Shown here: positions 1 through 13,009 of the stretch, in pieces
Layout of the letters: every line of letters begins with the position of its first letter
How positions within the stretch are numbered: the stretch's first letter is position 1
Source: Podarcis filfolensis
Lineage: Eukaryota
Assembly: GCA_964270895.1 (NCBI GenBank)
Contig: OZ185443.1
Reading direction: 5' to 3' (one strand)
DNA: 64,000 bases
The notes under the pieces: generated by a model
What the model saw: only the letters and a program-made list of their open reading frames with translations
Databases searched by the model: none
What the model was told of the DNA's origin: nothing
Translations under genes and position numbers: made by a program

Positions 1-523
1 ACTATATAAGCAAAATTAGAAAACTTTCCGATATTTTTAGAAAGTGTAAGAAGCCACTATTCAAATTTAGTTATGGAGGCCAACCTTTGCATACTGTGTT
101 GTATACTCTGCTGTAACCAGGCCATAATTTGCAGAAGACATTTTTCTCAGTTCTCCTGGAAGTGCTCATTCATCAGAGCACTTTAGGTCTTTGCAAAATG
201 TTCACAAAAAAGATTGCAGTGCCCTGGATATAATATTATGAGGTTCTTCTTGAGATCAGGAAATCCCACGCAAGGGATAAGCAGAGAAATCAGCTAACCT
301 GCTCTGTTTTGAGAAGGATTACAACGTTCTGGTGACTGATATATCCTCTGCCAAGAAAATGCATCCCGCAGCCTGGCTCTTGCTGATACATTCTATTTTT
401 AAGCAATTGGGGTCTCTGACCCTTCTTCAGTCTCGGCAAGTTCAACTGAAATATCAGGCTCTGGGTAACAGGGATTGCTCAGAATATACTTGGCATGCAA
501 ATGCAACAAATACAAAATCATAC

Positions 524-648
524 CTCCATCAATGCCCATTATGAATCGGCCCAGAATAATCATTTCGAGGACTCCTGCCAGTTGAGAGAATGCCATCAAC
601 AAGGCAGCCACAATGGCAAACACATTATTTAGCAGCAGGGTACGCTTC
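524..648 (-). CDS. SLC2A9: SLC2A9/GLUT9 internal coding exon (equivalent to human exon 4, 125 bp); gene continues beyond the left edge
   Basis: Translates (R)[41 protein letters not shown](G), colinear with human [43 protein letters not shown]. Acceptor ttag at 649-652, donor gtatga ending at 523; phase matches the preceding exon. Confidence 0.96.
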
Positions 649-2406
649 CTAAGAGAAAACAACATTACATGTTTGCAGCATCAGATAAACAGCAGCTTTT
701 CACATACACAGTCAACTACATTTGTGATTAAAATACTTCAGTAGCAATTGCAAACAAGACAGAAGTCAAAGGTGGCCTGCTTCATGCAATATACCAAAGA
801 TGCACTAAACAGGCATTCTTCACTGAATCAATGGGCAAGGGCATAGCAAGGGTGAAACTACATGCTGCAAGAAACACCAGTCACTTGGCAAAATGGTGGC
901 CTTATGCCAGGTCCTTCCCTCACCCTCTGGAACATCTACTGCACCTAGAACAAGTCTTATGACACCAATCTGTGTATTTCTCCACACTGCCATCACTGGC
1001 ATCTCTTGCATGGGAGGAGAAAACACATGGCACAAGGATATCTGGATGAGGTAATGGTGGACTCAAGAGATCGTGGGCAAGCTCAACACAGGACAGCCAT
1101 TTTGGGTGGCAGCCCCATGTAGTGCATTGTTGTGCCTTTAAAGACACAGCTGGTTCTTAAATGCAAGGCAGCTGCACTTATGGCCTCCAGGAACTATTCA
1201 AACACAGGCACTGAAACGGCTGAAAAAAACCATGCACTTCAAAGATACCCTTATGTGGCTAACAAAGTACATAACATGAAGTACGGTTTGGCCCTTTGTG
1301 AACATACTCCAATGTGCATGTTTATTAACTTAGATGGAAAGGTGCAGAAAGCCATCCGTCACTGATAGATCAATTGGGGGTCAGAAATCCTTGCTAATCT
1401 ACTTCAAAATCACCTGTAGATTCCAGTGTACCTTCTGTCCACGACTGACTACAAAGATATGAGTACTTCAGTACCAGATTGAGGACGTAGGATGTATGGT
1501 TTTAGATCTAGACAGTTTCTTGGAAACAACTCTTCTTCCTTTATCACTATGTGCATAATTTGTCACCGTGCTGTCTGACAGGCTCACCACTATGTTGGAT
1601 ATCGAACTGGAAATGCTGTCAAGAAAAGACCTGGATAGAAAATCTCTCACTACGACTCATCTAGGCGTTTGGAAACCCCGATGTTATGCAGGTGCATCCA
1701 TCAGAGAAACCGTACTGGCTATTGTTCCCTGTTGATTTAAGTGGCTAATCCAGGTTTGTTGTCGCATCATGTGTGAAATGGCCTCACTCGCTATCTGAAC
1801 AGGGGATGCAGATCACATGCTATGCATTCAGAAGGTTTAATCCTGGCATATCCAGACACAGTGTTTAACTTTGTTAAACTAGATCAAGTCTCTCTGATTC
1901 AGCTGAAGGCCGCTTCATATATTCGCATGACACATTTTTAAAGGTGATTTTCTGATGTTCCAATAGGGAAGTGGCCAACTGAGCATCTTCTCACAGACAC
2001 ACACACAATATGACAACGTTCAGTGCAGTATGAAAAATACAGCACAAAACATGCAGCTTTCAACTTTTGGGTTATTGGTAACATTTAAATGATAAAAAGT
2101 AGCTCATTAATAAGAACAAATATCAAAGAAGCAGCGTGACCATATAGAAGGGGGAACCCTTCCATTTCAATTTTTTAAAAACCTCATTCATTTCTTCATA
2201 TAAGTTATTACTTGGTGTTAATGTAACCATAACTATTTGATCTTGGGAAGTACCTACATTACATTTTAAAGGCAAGAGTCTTGCATATAGAGTTCTGAAG
2301 TAAAAAGAAGCACAAAGTAGAGAAAAGCATTTGTTTTTCTTGCTTTTGAGTCATCATATTACAAAAGAAAAGAAAAGGAAATCACAAGACACATTTATTT
2401 GCTTAC

Positions 2407-2567
2407 CGGCCAAAATACTTGACAGCTGGAGTAACAATTAAAGCCCCCACAAGCCCACCAATGGCAAAAATAGAAACAGATATAGTCCAGAGCAGGTTAA
2501 CCGTTTCTTCTGGTATGGACTGGTTATATCTTCTTTCCCAAGTTTCATTGTAAAACTTCTTTACAAA
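2407..2567 (-). CDS. SLC2A9: SLC2A9 internal coding exon (human exon 3 equivalent, 161 bp)
   Basis: Translates FVKKFYNETWERRYNQSIPEETVNLLWTISVSIFAIGGLVGALIVTPAVKYFG(R). Acceptor tag at 2568-2570, donor gtaagc. Confidence 0.96.
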
Positions 2568-5500
2568 CTACAAACAACAACATTTAAAGTGATTAGAACC
2601 ATGATGTCCAGTACAGATTAATATCATTTGAAATCTACCATTTAAAATTTTAAGTCAGGTTTATTTAAACTGATACTTTCGTTTTTAAAAATTTCAAGTT
2701 ATATTTTGTGTCCTTAAAAACAACAACTAAAACCTGAACTTAATACAAATATATTGGTGCACACAATCAATGAGCACAGGGCATAGATGGAGGGCTCTTT
2801 CCACATGACCAAGAATCCTGCCAAACGAAAAGTCTGGAGACACTAATGAAGACGGACACTACGTGTGTTCTGATGACTGACATTTTGCCAGCTCTTATTA
2901 ACTGTATTGAGATTGTGCTTTTTTCTACAACGTTTAATGGAAGCAGTTTCTGAAGGCTGATCCTTGAGCAATAACATGCCAGAGCTCTTTGTGAAGCTGC
3001 CAGTTATCTTGCGTTTAACGTTAACAATATAGTCCAATATTATAGTAAAACATTTATACTAATGAATGATCCTGGCAACGCACCCAGGGTGGCAAACCAA
3101 ACAGCCATTTACAATAGCATGGTGCTATTTGCTATTTTGTGGTATTTCATGAAACTCACAAGCTCCATACTGAAAATTAACAAATCACGACTTTTATGAG
3201 CTCCCGATGTTTGAAACTTCTGTGCCCTAAGAGCAATGCTGATTGTATCATTCCCACTGCTTGAAGGTTATATTCTTAAAATTGTTCCAAAATAACACCC
3301 AGAATGTGCTGATAGGGGTTATGTAATTACCTGGAACTGCCTGGGGCAAAAAAAAAACCAGGTTGGCAAAGGCTGCCCTTGGGAGCGGCTTGAACAAATA
3401 CTTTTGGGTGCCCGCATTTCACTTCCAGACAGAAAAGCTCTCATCCCCTCAGGTTGCTACTGGAGGGAATGGTGCTGCTGTTGGTAGCATGATGAAAGTA
3501 CTGTACAGTAAAAGTACCTGTTTCTTACAGCCACCTAACCTGCCACAATTCTACAGGAGAAGGGCCGAATATATCACCTGCTGAATGTACTACTGCCAAT
3601 GTTTACTGGATAAACTGCTGAAGCATGTAATGGATTTCACCAGCAAGCAAAGTGCAAGTAATGGGGTCAAAGGTGCAAGATAAACACAACTGCACCATGA
3701 CTAATTTCAGCATTCCAGCTGAATAATAGCAAACTATACTATGTGCTACTATCAGAAACAGCTGGGCATGCAGAACCCGGCACACTGCTTCTGGCAGGTA
3801 TGTGCTAAGCTTTAACTGCTGTGATGCAATGCTAGACTGACTGATTTCCATCTGAAAACCCATATGCTCTCAATTTGTTTCCCAACAGCAGGCTACATTT
3901 CCTAGGGAAGATTCCTCCCAAACCAGATGTTTGCCAGCTTCTGTCCGCATTCCCCCAGGGGTGAGTTTAAAAGTTGCTCCACAACCTTTTTTTGACGTTC
4001 AGAGCCAGCAAAGGAGAATGGAGCCAGACTGCTGGTACTTATGGAAAAGGTTGCAGAGCAGCTGTTAAACTGACCTCTGAGAGAAAGCCAACAAGCTTGG
4101 GAACATCCCGTTTGGCTCCCAGGGTCTGAGGGTGAAAGTGTTTTAATTGCTTAAATGAGGATGGAGTAAAAATAAACCATAGCAGAACACAACAGCCAGT
4201 CAAAGAAGCCAAAACCACAGAGGAAAAGGCATATGTCAGCTAGACATTGGGAGAGGGACCCCACTTCCAGGTGTTTCTATGCGAACGCTAGAAGCCTGGG
4301 AGTCACTGCTGTTTCAACGATGGCCTCCCATTTTATTGCTGTATTTTACAAGGTGCTATATTTTATGGAAGTGGAAACCACCCAATGGTTTTGATAGGCA
4401 AAGGGCAGGATAAAAATGAGTAAGTAAATAATGTAGCAAACAAGCATCTGAGCCAAGATGGGAGAGCTGAATAATTGTTTTTAAAGGAGAACATAGATAG
4501 AGTAGGCATTAAGTGAAGCCTGGCGGACTGCAGAGAGCCAAGGGGTATGAAATCCATAGGAAGGGCAGAAAAGGACACACAGGAAGTGAGGTCACTCCAT
4601 ACATCCAATAGAGCATCGTTGATGTTAACTAGAACTCCCCAAAGCGACAGACTCTGCCACAGGAGCAATGAGGGTGAGAATATGAGGCCCAAAGCAGAGC
4701 GAACTCTTCTATCAATTCTCCATTTGCTTCCTGGGTAGCTGTGGAACTACTGAGGCTTCCAGAACAAGTGCATTTTGCAGCAATAAGATCTGCTGAATCA
4801 GCTTCCGTAGCTGCAAGTTTGAGAACAATATCTATTAGGCACTTGTTAGAAGGATGTGTCAAAGGACATTTTTTGCCCACTAATTTTTTTGGGGGAGTGG
4901 GGTGTCTCCCAGGCATAGAAGCAATCCTGGAGCTCCTGGATGAGCCAGTAACTATGGGATAATCCATCTCACAAATTGCCTTGTAGGTCGTTTGTGTCTT
5001 CACTTTCCCCATGGAAACATATCCACATTTCTGGGTTATCTCATTCTCCCCTGTCTTTTAACTCCTCTTCTGTGCCCAAGCCTCCCCTTCCACCCAAATT
5101 CAGCCCTCCCCTCCCCACTGTTGCTGTTCTTCATTCTGGGGTACAACTTTCTCTCCTTTCTGTGTGGATTGACCTGGAAGTCTCTTTGTCCTCAGGAGTG
5201 TCCAAGACTGAGTTGTTAGTTGTGTTAGTCAGTAAAGGTAGCAGGCTGGCTTTTCCTTTATTGATGGGGGGGGGGGGAAGAGTCTGTTCTGTCAGTCCCA
5301 CCCTCTGCCAAAAGCACATGATGTACTATTCTGCTGCCTATGAGCCACTGTCACAATCTGCCAACAGCTTCACCACCAAAAACAACTCACGGCAGAGCCA
5401 CTGGTGCCTGCTTCTGTAACTGCAGAGAAACACCAACACCAGACCTAGAAGTTTATCTTCTTCTCCTTTAAAGGAAGAAATTATGCAGTTGAATCTCCCA

Positions 5501-5779
5501 TGTTTGGAGAAATCGTAGGGGTCAGGATACCTGCAAATGCAATGGATGAGCCTCACCCTAGGAAAACCACCTTTTACAAGGACAAGGGCATCTGCCCTGC
5601 CAGGGATTTCCTCCTCCTTAAAAAGAATCAATGTACTCACAGCAAACTACTTGCATGGCTGATAGAGCTGATAGCAGGGCAAGATAAGTGAGGCCAATTG
5701 CTGAAACCCATTTTTAGCTAGACATGGAAAATAAGTTTAATCAGAGCATAGTAGCAATCTAATGGGGCCATGAAAATAT

Positions 5780-6715
5780 GTGGGGAAAAGAGAAGGAAGA
5801 AGAGTGCATATGGAGTCAGGTGGCGATGTTTCTGTTTTACTTAATATATGTGTGGAGTTTTGTGTCAGCGTCGCTTGTGCAGGTTCTCTGCTATTCACTT
5901 GTGTTCCTTTGCTGGTAAGAGAGGTTGGGGATGGCCTAGGGTGTTGTTATTCATTTGTGGTTGGCTGTGGTGGTCTTTGTTTTCGTGTGTGAGTGGGGTG
6001 GGTGTTTTGGATCAGGTTAGCCATATTGATTCATATGCTATTGGTGGATTTTTGTTGTTGTCTTGTTGGGCTGTGTATGTGATAAAGGGGAGCCATACTG
6101 GGGTGAAGGTGTCTTCTTCTATTTGTCCCTGTGTCAGTTTCAGTTTATTGGTTAATTTTTCTAGTAGGGCTGTTTCCCATACTATTCGGTACCATTGGTC
6201 CATGCTTACTCCTGACAGGTCTCTCCAGTGTCTGGCTATGATGCTTCTGGCTGCTGAAAGTAGGCGGGTTATGAGTTATTTGTGGTGTAAATGAGCATTA
6301 TTGTCTTGGAAGATGTTTAGTAGGGCCAATTCTGGGGTGATTTCTAGTACTTGCTTGGTTATTTTACTTATTTCTTGTATGGCTGTTGTCCAGAATAGTT
6401 GGATTTTGGGGCATTCCCACCACATGTGGAGGTATGTGCCTGTGGAAGTGCACCCTCTCCAGCATTTAGGTGAGGTTCCTGGGTGCATTAATGCTAGTTT
6501 TCTTGGTGTTAGGTACCTCCTGTAGGTGAGTTTCAGAGTGAGTTCTTTCCTTTTCGTTGATATGGATTTAAAGGGGGGTTTAGACCATATTCTGGTCCAC
6601 TGGATGGGGTTAATCTCATAGCCTATGTTGTCCTCCCATTGTTTTTTGATTGTGTCTAGGGGGTTCATGGGGTTTTGGAGTAGTATTTTGTATATTGCTG
6701 ATACCATCCCTTTGC
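5780..6715 (-). mobile_element. L1-clade LINE, 5'-truncated 3' portion
   Basis: ORF 6276-6707 has the ORF2 C-terminal cysteine-rich motif CWRGCTSTGTYLHMWWECPKI, followed by ...DQWYRIVWETALLEKL and a 3' UTR. Confidence 0.88.
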
Positions 6716-6734
6716 CGTGTCCCTTTGTTGGCAG

Positions 6735-7195
6735 CTACAATTAATGCAGAATGTGGCAGCTACACTGCTGACTGGCAGTGGTCACTGGGACCATATAGCA
6801 ACAGACCTAAAGCATCTACATTGGCTCAAAATATGTTTCTGAGGACAATTCAAAGTGTTTGTGCTGACCTTTAATGCCTGTTTAAACCCCCATCACTTAG
6901 TCCAGATACTGAGATCCAGCTCCATGGGCCTTCTGGTGGTTCCCTCACTGTGAGAAGTGAAGCTACAGGGAATGCGGCAGAGGGCCTTCTTGGTAGTGGC
7001 ACCTGCCCTGTGGAACACCCTCCCATCAGATGTCAAAGAGAGAAACAATTCTACGACTTTCTGAAGGCAGCCCTGTATAGGGAAGTTTGTAATGTTTGAT
7101 GTTTCATTGTGTTTTTATATATGTTGAAAGCCACCCAGAGTAGCTGGGGCAAACCAGTCAGATGGGTGGGGGTACAAATATAATGAGGATGATGA
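6735..7195 (+). mobile_element. L2 LINE 3' end, degraded
   Basis: Remnant LQLVQN...DHI...LHW...FKV.VLTF motif, then the ctgaaggcagccctgtatagggaag...gccacccagagt...gggtggggg tail shared with other L2 tails here. Confidence 0.75.
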
Positions 7196-7299
7196 CAAAT
7201 ATTGTTCTTATTTTATAGTTTGATTATGCTTTATTTTGTGATTGTGTTTTAGTTCATGTAACTTGCCCTGGGAGGTAAGAAATACCAGAAATAAACATA

Positions 7300-7541
7300 C
7301 AATGGAACCTAGGTTGTCAAATGCTTCCGAAGTCAAACGTTTCTGCTTTCAAACGCCGACAACCCGGAAGTGAATGCTTCCGTTTTCAAATGTGCCTCAG
7401 AAGTTGAATGGCTTCCGAGGTGTGTTTCTCCATTTTTCCCAAATGATTTTGTCAACCGTCCACTGAGCCTCGGTTGTTGAATGTTTTGGAAGTTGAATGG
7501 TCTTCTGGAACGGATTATGTTTGACAACCAAGCTTCTACTG
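7300..7541. mobile_element. Tc1/mariner (Tigger/pogo-like) MITE
   Basis: TA-flanked; imperfect TIRs caatggaacctaggttgtcaaa / tttgacaaccaagcttctactg. Confidence 0.8.
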
Positions 7542-7621
7542 TACTACAATGTTTTTAAACATGTGAAATGTTGTGGTTATATTGCCCTCTACTGGACTTA
7601 GGGCATGGTTCCTTTTAATTA

Positions 7622-7989
7622 GGTAAAGGTAAAGGTACCGGTACCCCTGCCCATACGGGCCAGTCGTGTCCTTCTCTGGGGTTGCGTGCTCATCTCGCTT
7701 AAGAGGCCGGGAGCCAGCGCTGTCCGAAGACACTTCCAGGTCACGTGGCCAGCGTGACGAAGCTGCTCTAGCGAGCCAGCACCAGCGCAGCGCACGGAAA
7801 CGCCGTTACCTTCCCGCTATAAAGCGGTACCTATTTATCTACTTGCACTTGGGGGTGCTTTCGAACTGCTAGGTGGGCAGGAGCTGGGACCGAACGACGG
7901 GAGCTCACCCCGCTGTGGGGATTCGAACTGCCGACCATGCGATCGGCAAGTCCTAGGCACTGAGGTTTTACCCACAGCACCATCCGCGA
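7622..7989 (-). mobile_element. Sauria SINE, full length
   Basis: tRNA-derived head at the right end, (ACCTTT)n tail at the left, 12-bp TSD tccttttaatta on both sides. Confidence 0.92.
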
Positions 7990-8541
7990 TCCTTTTAATT
8001 ACAAAAATATGAATGAATGAATGAATGGCTACAACAAGGTTTGCAGTTTATTTAGTTTTGAATATTAGAAGATATTTGTTATGATGCAAAGTAAGTGAGG
8101 ATAAATTAATCATAAAACTATGCTTGTTCTTTGTCAAAAGTCCAAGAAGTGATGTATTGCTATTTCAACTCCTTTTACAGGTATTTGTGGAAAGAGCTAA
8201 TTACTCCACTATAATAATCTCACTGGGGCATTTAGCTGATTTTGACGTGGCTTTTCTCCCTTGTAGGCTGAGACAATGAGGTGACAATCAAGTCCACAAT
8301 TTTTTCAGCAGCTGACATGAAAATAAGGGTCACTATGGCTTAAGTGACCCTTAAGACTTAAATTTGTATAATGGTTAACTCGGTAACTTTCAAAGTTTGA
8401 TGTGCTATGGTATATAAATTGCAGTGGCTGGCGGTTGATAAAGTAAGATTCTGTTTCTCCATCAAACTAACAATCCCATATGTAACAAGAGAGATTGCAC
8501 CAAACTGAGCCAACCTGGACTTAGAGGTTTGAGAACTTTTA

Positions 8542-8649
<108 letters not shown>

Positions 8650-10429
8650 CTAACATGAAAAAAGAAAAATGGAAAGAGTTGAGATATTGTAAATCAATCA
8701 ATAATAATAATAATTTATTTATATGCCGCCCCATCTAATTGAGTTGCCCCATTCACTCTTTTCAAAGGAAAAAGAGGAGACCATGTGAGGCCAAATCACA
8801 CATGGCTTTTAATAAAAATATGGTTTACAGTTTTTACAACAAAGGATGCTTTAAAACCCAGCCTTTGGAACAAGTACCATATCTTTTGAGCACTGTTTGT
8901 AGAAATAAAGATGGGGGGGATACCCTGCCAAATTCTATATGAGCTATAACTAGTACAAAAAGAAATCATAATTTTAGAATAAGCATCTGTATTTAAAACA
9001 TTATTATATCGTCTTTCATAATCAAAAGACATCATAAACATAAATTCTTCCAGTTAACTAAAATATTCTGGCGTAGCAGGTACTGAAAATATCTTCTTCA
9101 AAATGTTTGCACAAGCATATTATGTAGGGATGTTGCTCATTGATCAGCCTTTAAACCGAGAAATCAATCAAACAAACAAGTAAATGCATTTAAATAAATC
9201 TGCATTCATTTCCACTTCCTGTCACAGTAATATAGGTGACCCAAATCAGCTTCAAACACATGTCCTAAACTAACCATTTGACTCATTAATTGGTCCCCAC
9301 ACATTAATAAACAAGACCCGACTCATGTCCTGATCCAAGCTTATAACTTCTGGGTATGTATTATTTTAAGGAACACATTAGCAACTTTTGATCAACATGC
9401 TCTTGGAAATTTCTTCAAAACTTGCAAATCCCAACCTGGCCCTGCCATTTTCCATAAGAGTATTGGCAAAATGCCCTCAGAACCTTTCCGCAGTCCCACA
9501 AGCTGCTGTGGTTGGTCAAAGTAAGCTTTTATTAAACTATTAAAGAAACACAACCACTTTTGAACTGTCTCGTAAGGTTGTATCATAAAGCACCATGGGA
9601 ACCAGTTGGCTGAAGGGCAGGATAAAAAACGTCTTAAATGCTATTTAAAAATGTGTAACTTTCTCTTAATGAGTAGCTAGACAGCCTAGAAACATGCCCA
9701 CACCAATTTGTTTGCTCTAATCCACTGTCAGCATTAGAGCAGACTCCCTGAGAGTTTCAGATTAGAAATGAGATTTTGACTCTGCTTCATCGTCTCATAC
9801 AGATTTTCGTAGAAGTGTTTTTCAAGCAGCCATTTCCAGAGAGTGGCTAAAACTGTGACGGTTCCTTCTCTCACCTTCACTTTAGCTATGTAACAGCTCA
9901 GCTTTCACCAGTTTCCTGGCACCTGTCCATTGCAGATCATTTGGGCCGACCTATTGTCATGGTGATGGATTTGATTAAAGTGACAACACAGCAGAGTTAT
10001 GAAAAGTCCATAGGTAATGTATCTGATTGCTGGTAACCATGAACTCAGCATACTGTGTTTCACCAAGCCTAAAGTCCAGATTTTGTGCTAATAATAGCCT
10101 GTCATAGTTTGTTAGCAAAGCACCAACACTGGGTGTTCAAATGCATGATATACATACATACAAATAAATAAATAGAAGGCAGATGGAGGATGAGATTGAT
10201 ACCTTAAGACGGGCCAGTATTTCCATGGCACAAACAAAATTTAACAAACCTTGAAGGATTGTTGTAAGGCGAAACTCACTACTCCACATTCTTCAAAAGA
10301 TGCAGAGGTTCCAATTAAACAGTCCTTGTGATTGACAATATCCTTTATTTCAATCAGAAAAGTACTCTGCTGCTTAAACAGGGCACAAAACTTTGTTTTG
10401 ATCAGCATGCTGCCATTTTTTATGTTCTG

Positions 10430-11180
10430 TTCTGACAACACATGTGACTGAGACATGTGCCACCATGGCTAGGTCAGACTTCTGAAGGAACAGGAATAGT
10501 TGGTGCACCACCTGAAGCTGGTCAGATACTACCCTGGCTACAGCCACTTTGAACAGGACATAGCAAAACCAGAGCCAGAAGGACCCCAAACTACAAATCT
10601 GTGTTGTTGTTTTTAAGGGAAGAGCTATGCAATTCAAAACAATCTGAACCCCTGTTCCTGGGGAGGTCCTCTTCACCACTCAGATAACTGAATTTTCTGA
10701 GTTATCACATTATAGAAAGGAGAGATCTGCATGCCACCCACATATGGATAACAATGCACTCTAAAATTGCTGTTCAATCTCTCCCAGCACATTCACATCG
10801 ACGGGAGATAAAAATGATCTCTGTGGGACATCAAAAGTCAAGGCGTTGTGTGAAAATCCCTTTCTGCCACCAACAATCTAGGGAGCACCAGAAGAACCAT
10901 AAAACAGAGCACCCAGCAAGGCTGTCAAGCAGGATATCATGGCTGATGGTACCAAATGAACCCTGAGAGGTCCAGCAAGGGATGAAGTCCACTTGCAGAG
11001 TTTCTGGTATAGATAATCTAGGGCAGCCAAAATGGTCTCCAGTCCAAATCCAAGCCAGAAGTTAGATTGAAATGGGTCTAGAGATAATATGTAGAAAAAT
11101 ATACAACACTCTGGAACATCCAAAGCATTCGAAATACACAATGCTAATAATCCTTTCAAGCAAAACCTTGCTAGGCAAGC
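10430..11180 (-). mobile_element. Old L2 LINE reverse-transcriptase remnant
   Basis: ORF pieces LDPFQSNFWLGFGLETILAAL and VAVARVVSDQLQVVHQLFLFLQKSDLAMVAH resemble the L2 RT at 61196-62794. Confidence 0.7.
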
Positions 11181-11839
11181 CAATCCCTAGGTATGGGTCA
11201 GTCCCATAACCAGAGGGGGGGGGACTCAGAGAAAGGACTCAAGAACTCGGAACAGGAGCAGATGGTGTGGTGAGATGCCAGCTCTCACTTGACCTTATCC
11301 TGGATGAGAGGGGGACAGGGGCAAGGCAGTGGGAGGTGCGCTGTGATGACCTCCCTCCCCACCCGTTCTACCTTCTGGTAAGCACCAGAAACATGACTGA
11401 CCAAAGGTCAAGTGAGCACGGCCAGCCCACCATGCTGCCCGCTATTGCTTGGAAGAACCAGAGCAGAAGAACCAAGGTTTAAAGTGATCTAATTAAATAC
11501 AGTTACAATAACATGCTATTTTCTGAAATTTAAAAATAAGGGCCCAATGCTTATGAATTATTGCAGTTTCTTTGCCCTCGTTGCCCAGGCACTGCAGATT
11601 CTTTCACAATACAATCTGCACATATAAAAGGGCTTTTATTTTAAAAATAAACTGAAAATTTGGGGAAGATACCTGGAATCTCCCTGAGCCCTCCCCACAT
11701 GTGGCCCTGCATGTAAAACAGGGAGTGTGGCTCAGAGGACGGGTGTGTGCACAAGGCAGCTGGAGAGTTCAAGGCTCATCCTCATCATGATTTGAAGGGA
11801 GAACTGCCTAGCTTATTCTTTTAACTGCTGATTACATAT

Positions 11840-11980
11840 ATGCACTCTGGATTTAAAGAATACCCCCCCCATAAAATTCTGGGAACTGTAGTTTGCTAAA
11901 CTGCAGCTCTGTGGGAGACAAACAATAGTTCCCAGGATTCTTGGGTGGAAGAATGTGCTTTAAATATATGGTGTGTGTAC
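11840..11980. repeat. Palindromic MITE-like repeat (related copy near 17890-18085)
   Basis: Arms tttaaag...tctgggaactgtagtttg / caaacaatagttcccagga...ctttaaa. Confidence 0.55.
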
Positions 11981-12121
11981 ATGTCACACCAGTAATTGCC
12001 AAAATTCTGCAGGGGTAGATGTATGGTACTGTTCCTGTTCATGCATACCATGCTGATAAAGACATAAAGACCAGTGATAACGTATATCAAAGGCACACTT
12101 TAAGGCAAGACAAGCAAAATA

Positions 12122-12660
12122 CAGTGGTACCTCGGGTTACATACACTTCAGGTTACAGACTCCGCTAACCCAGAAATAGTACCTCGGGTTAAGATCTTTG
12201 CTTCGGGATGAGAACAGAAATCGTGCTCCGGCGGCGCGGTGGCAGAAGGAGGCCCCATTGGCTAAAGTGGTGCTTCAGGTTAAGAACAGTTTCAGGTTAA
12301 GAACGGACCTCCGGAACGAATTAAATACTTAACCCGAGGTAAGGTAAAGGTAAAGGTACCCCTTCCCATACGGGCCAGTCGTGTCCGACTCTAGGGTTGT
12401 GCGCCCATCTCACTTAAGAGGCCGGGGGCCAGCGCCGCACACGGAAACGCCGTTTACCTTCCCGCTATAAAGCGGTCCCTATTTATCTACTTGCACTTAG
12501 GGGTGCTTTCGAACTGCTAGGTGGGCAGGAGCTGGGACCGAAAGACGGGAGCTCACCCCGCCGCGGGGACTCGAACCGCCAACCATGCGATCGGCAAGTC
12601 CTAGGCACTGAGGTTTCACCCACAGCGCCACCCGCGTCCCACTAACCAGAGGTACCACTG
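12122..12660. mobile_element. Tigger/pogo-like MITE interrupted by a Sauria SINE
   Basis: TA|cagtggtacctcgggtta ... gaggtaccactg|TA. Confidence 0.88.
12341..12640 (-). mobile_element. Sauria SINE with internal deletion, nested in the MITE right TIR
   Basis: Highly similar to the 7622 copy but lacks about 65 bp between two gccagcgc-like repeats; flanked by taacccgaggt / taaccagaggt. Confidence 0.9.
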
Positions 12661-13009
12661 TACAAATTCCTCCCCACCCCCAATGTTACAATGTTCAGCG
12701 TTGGCCCTAGTCTGGGGAAGCCAACTGGGTTCTTCTTGAGGCTGCAGAATGTCTCTGGCTGGCACAGGGAGAAGAAAGCATGAAACTGGAGGGATGTGCT
12801 TAACTGCAGCTCATTCACAAGTTCTGAGGCTTCTTTTCAGCCGGGAATGACAGCTAAAGGGTTAAGCCAAGGGCTTAGTGGAGCGCACAGGTAGAGATGA
12901 AAACTGGTGGGAGGGAAGAACAGAGCAGAGAACTTTCTCTGCCTGCTCTGTTTACACTTCCTCTCTCTCTGCCCCTTCGGAGAGGGCTAATAATAACCAG
13001 CCAGCTCAT

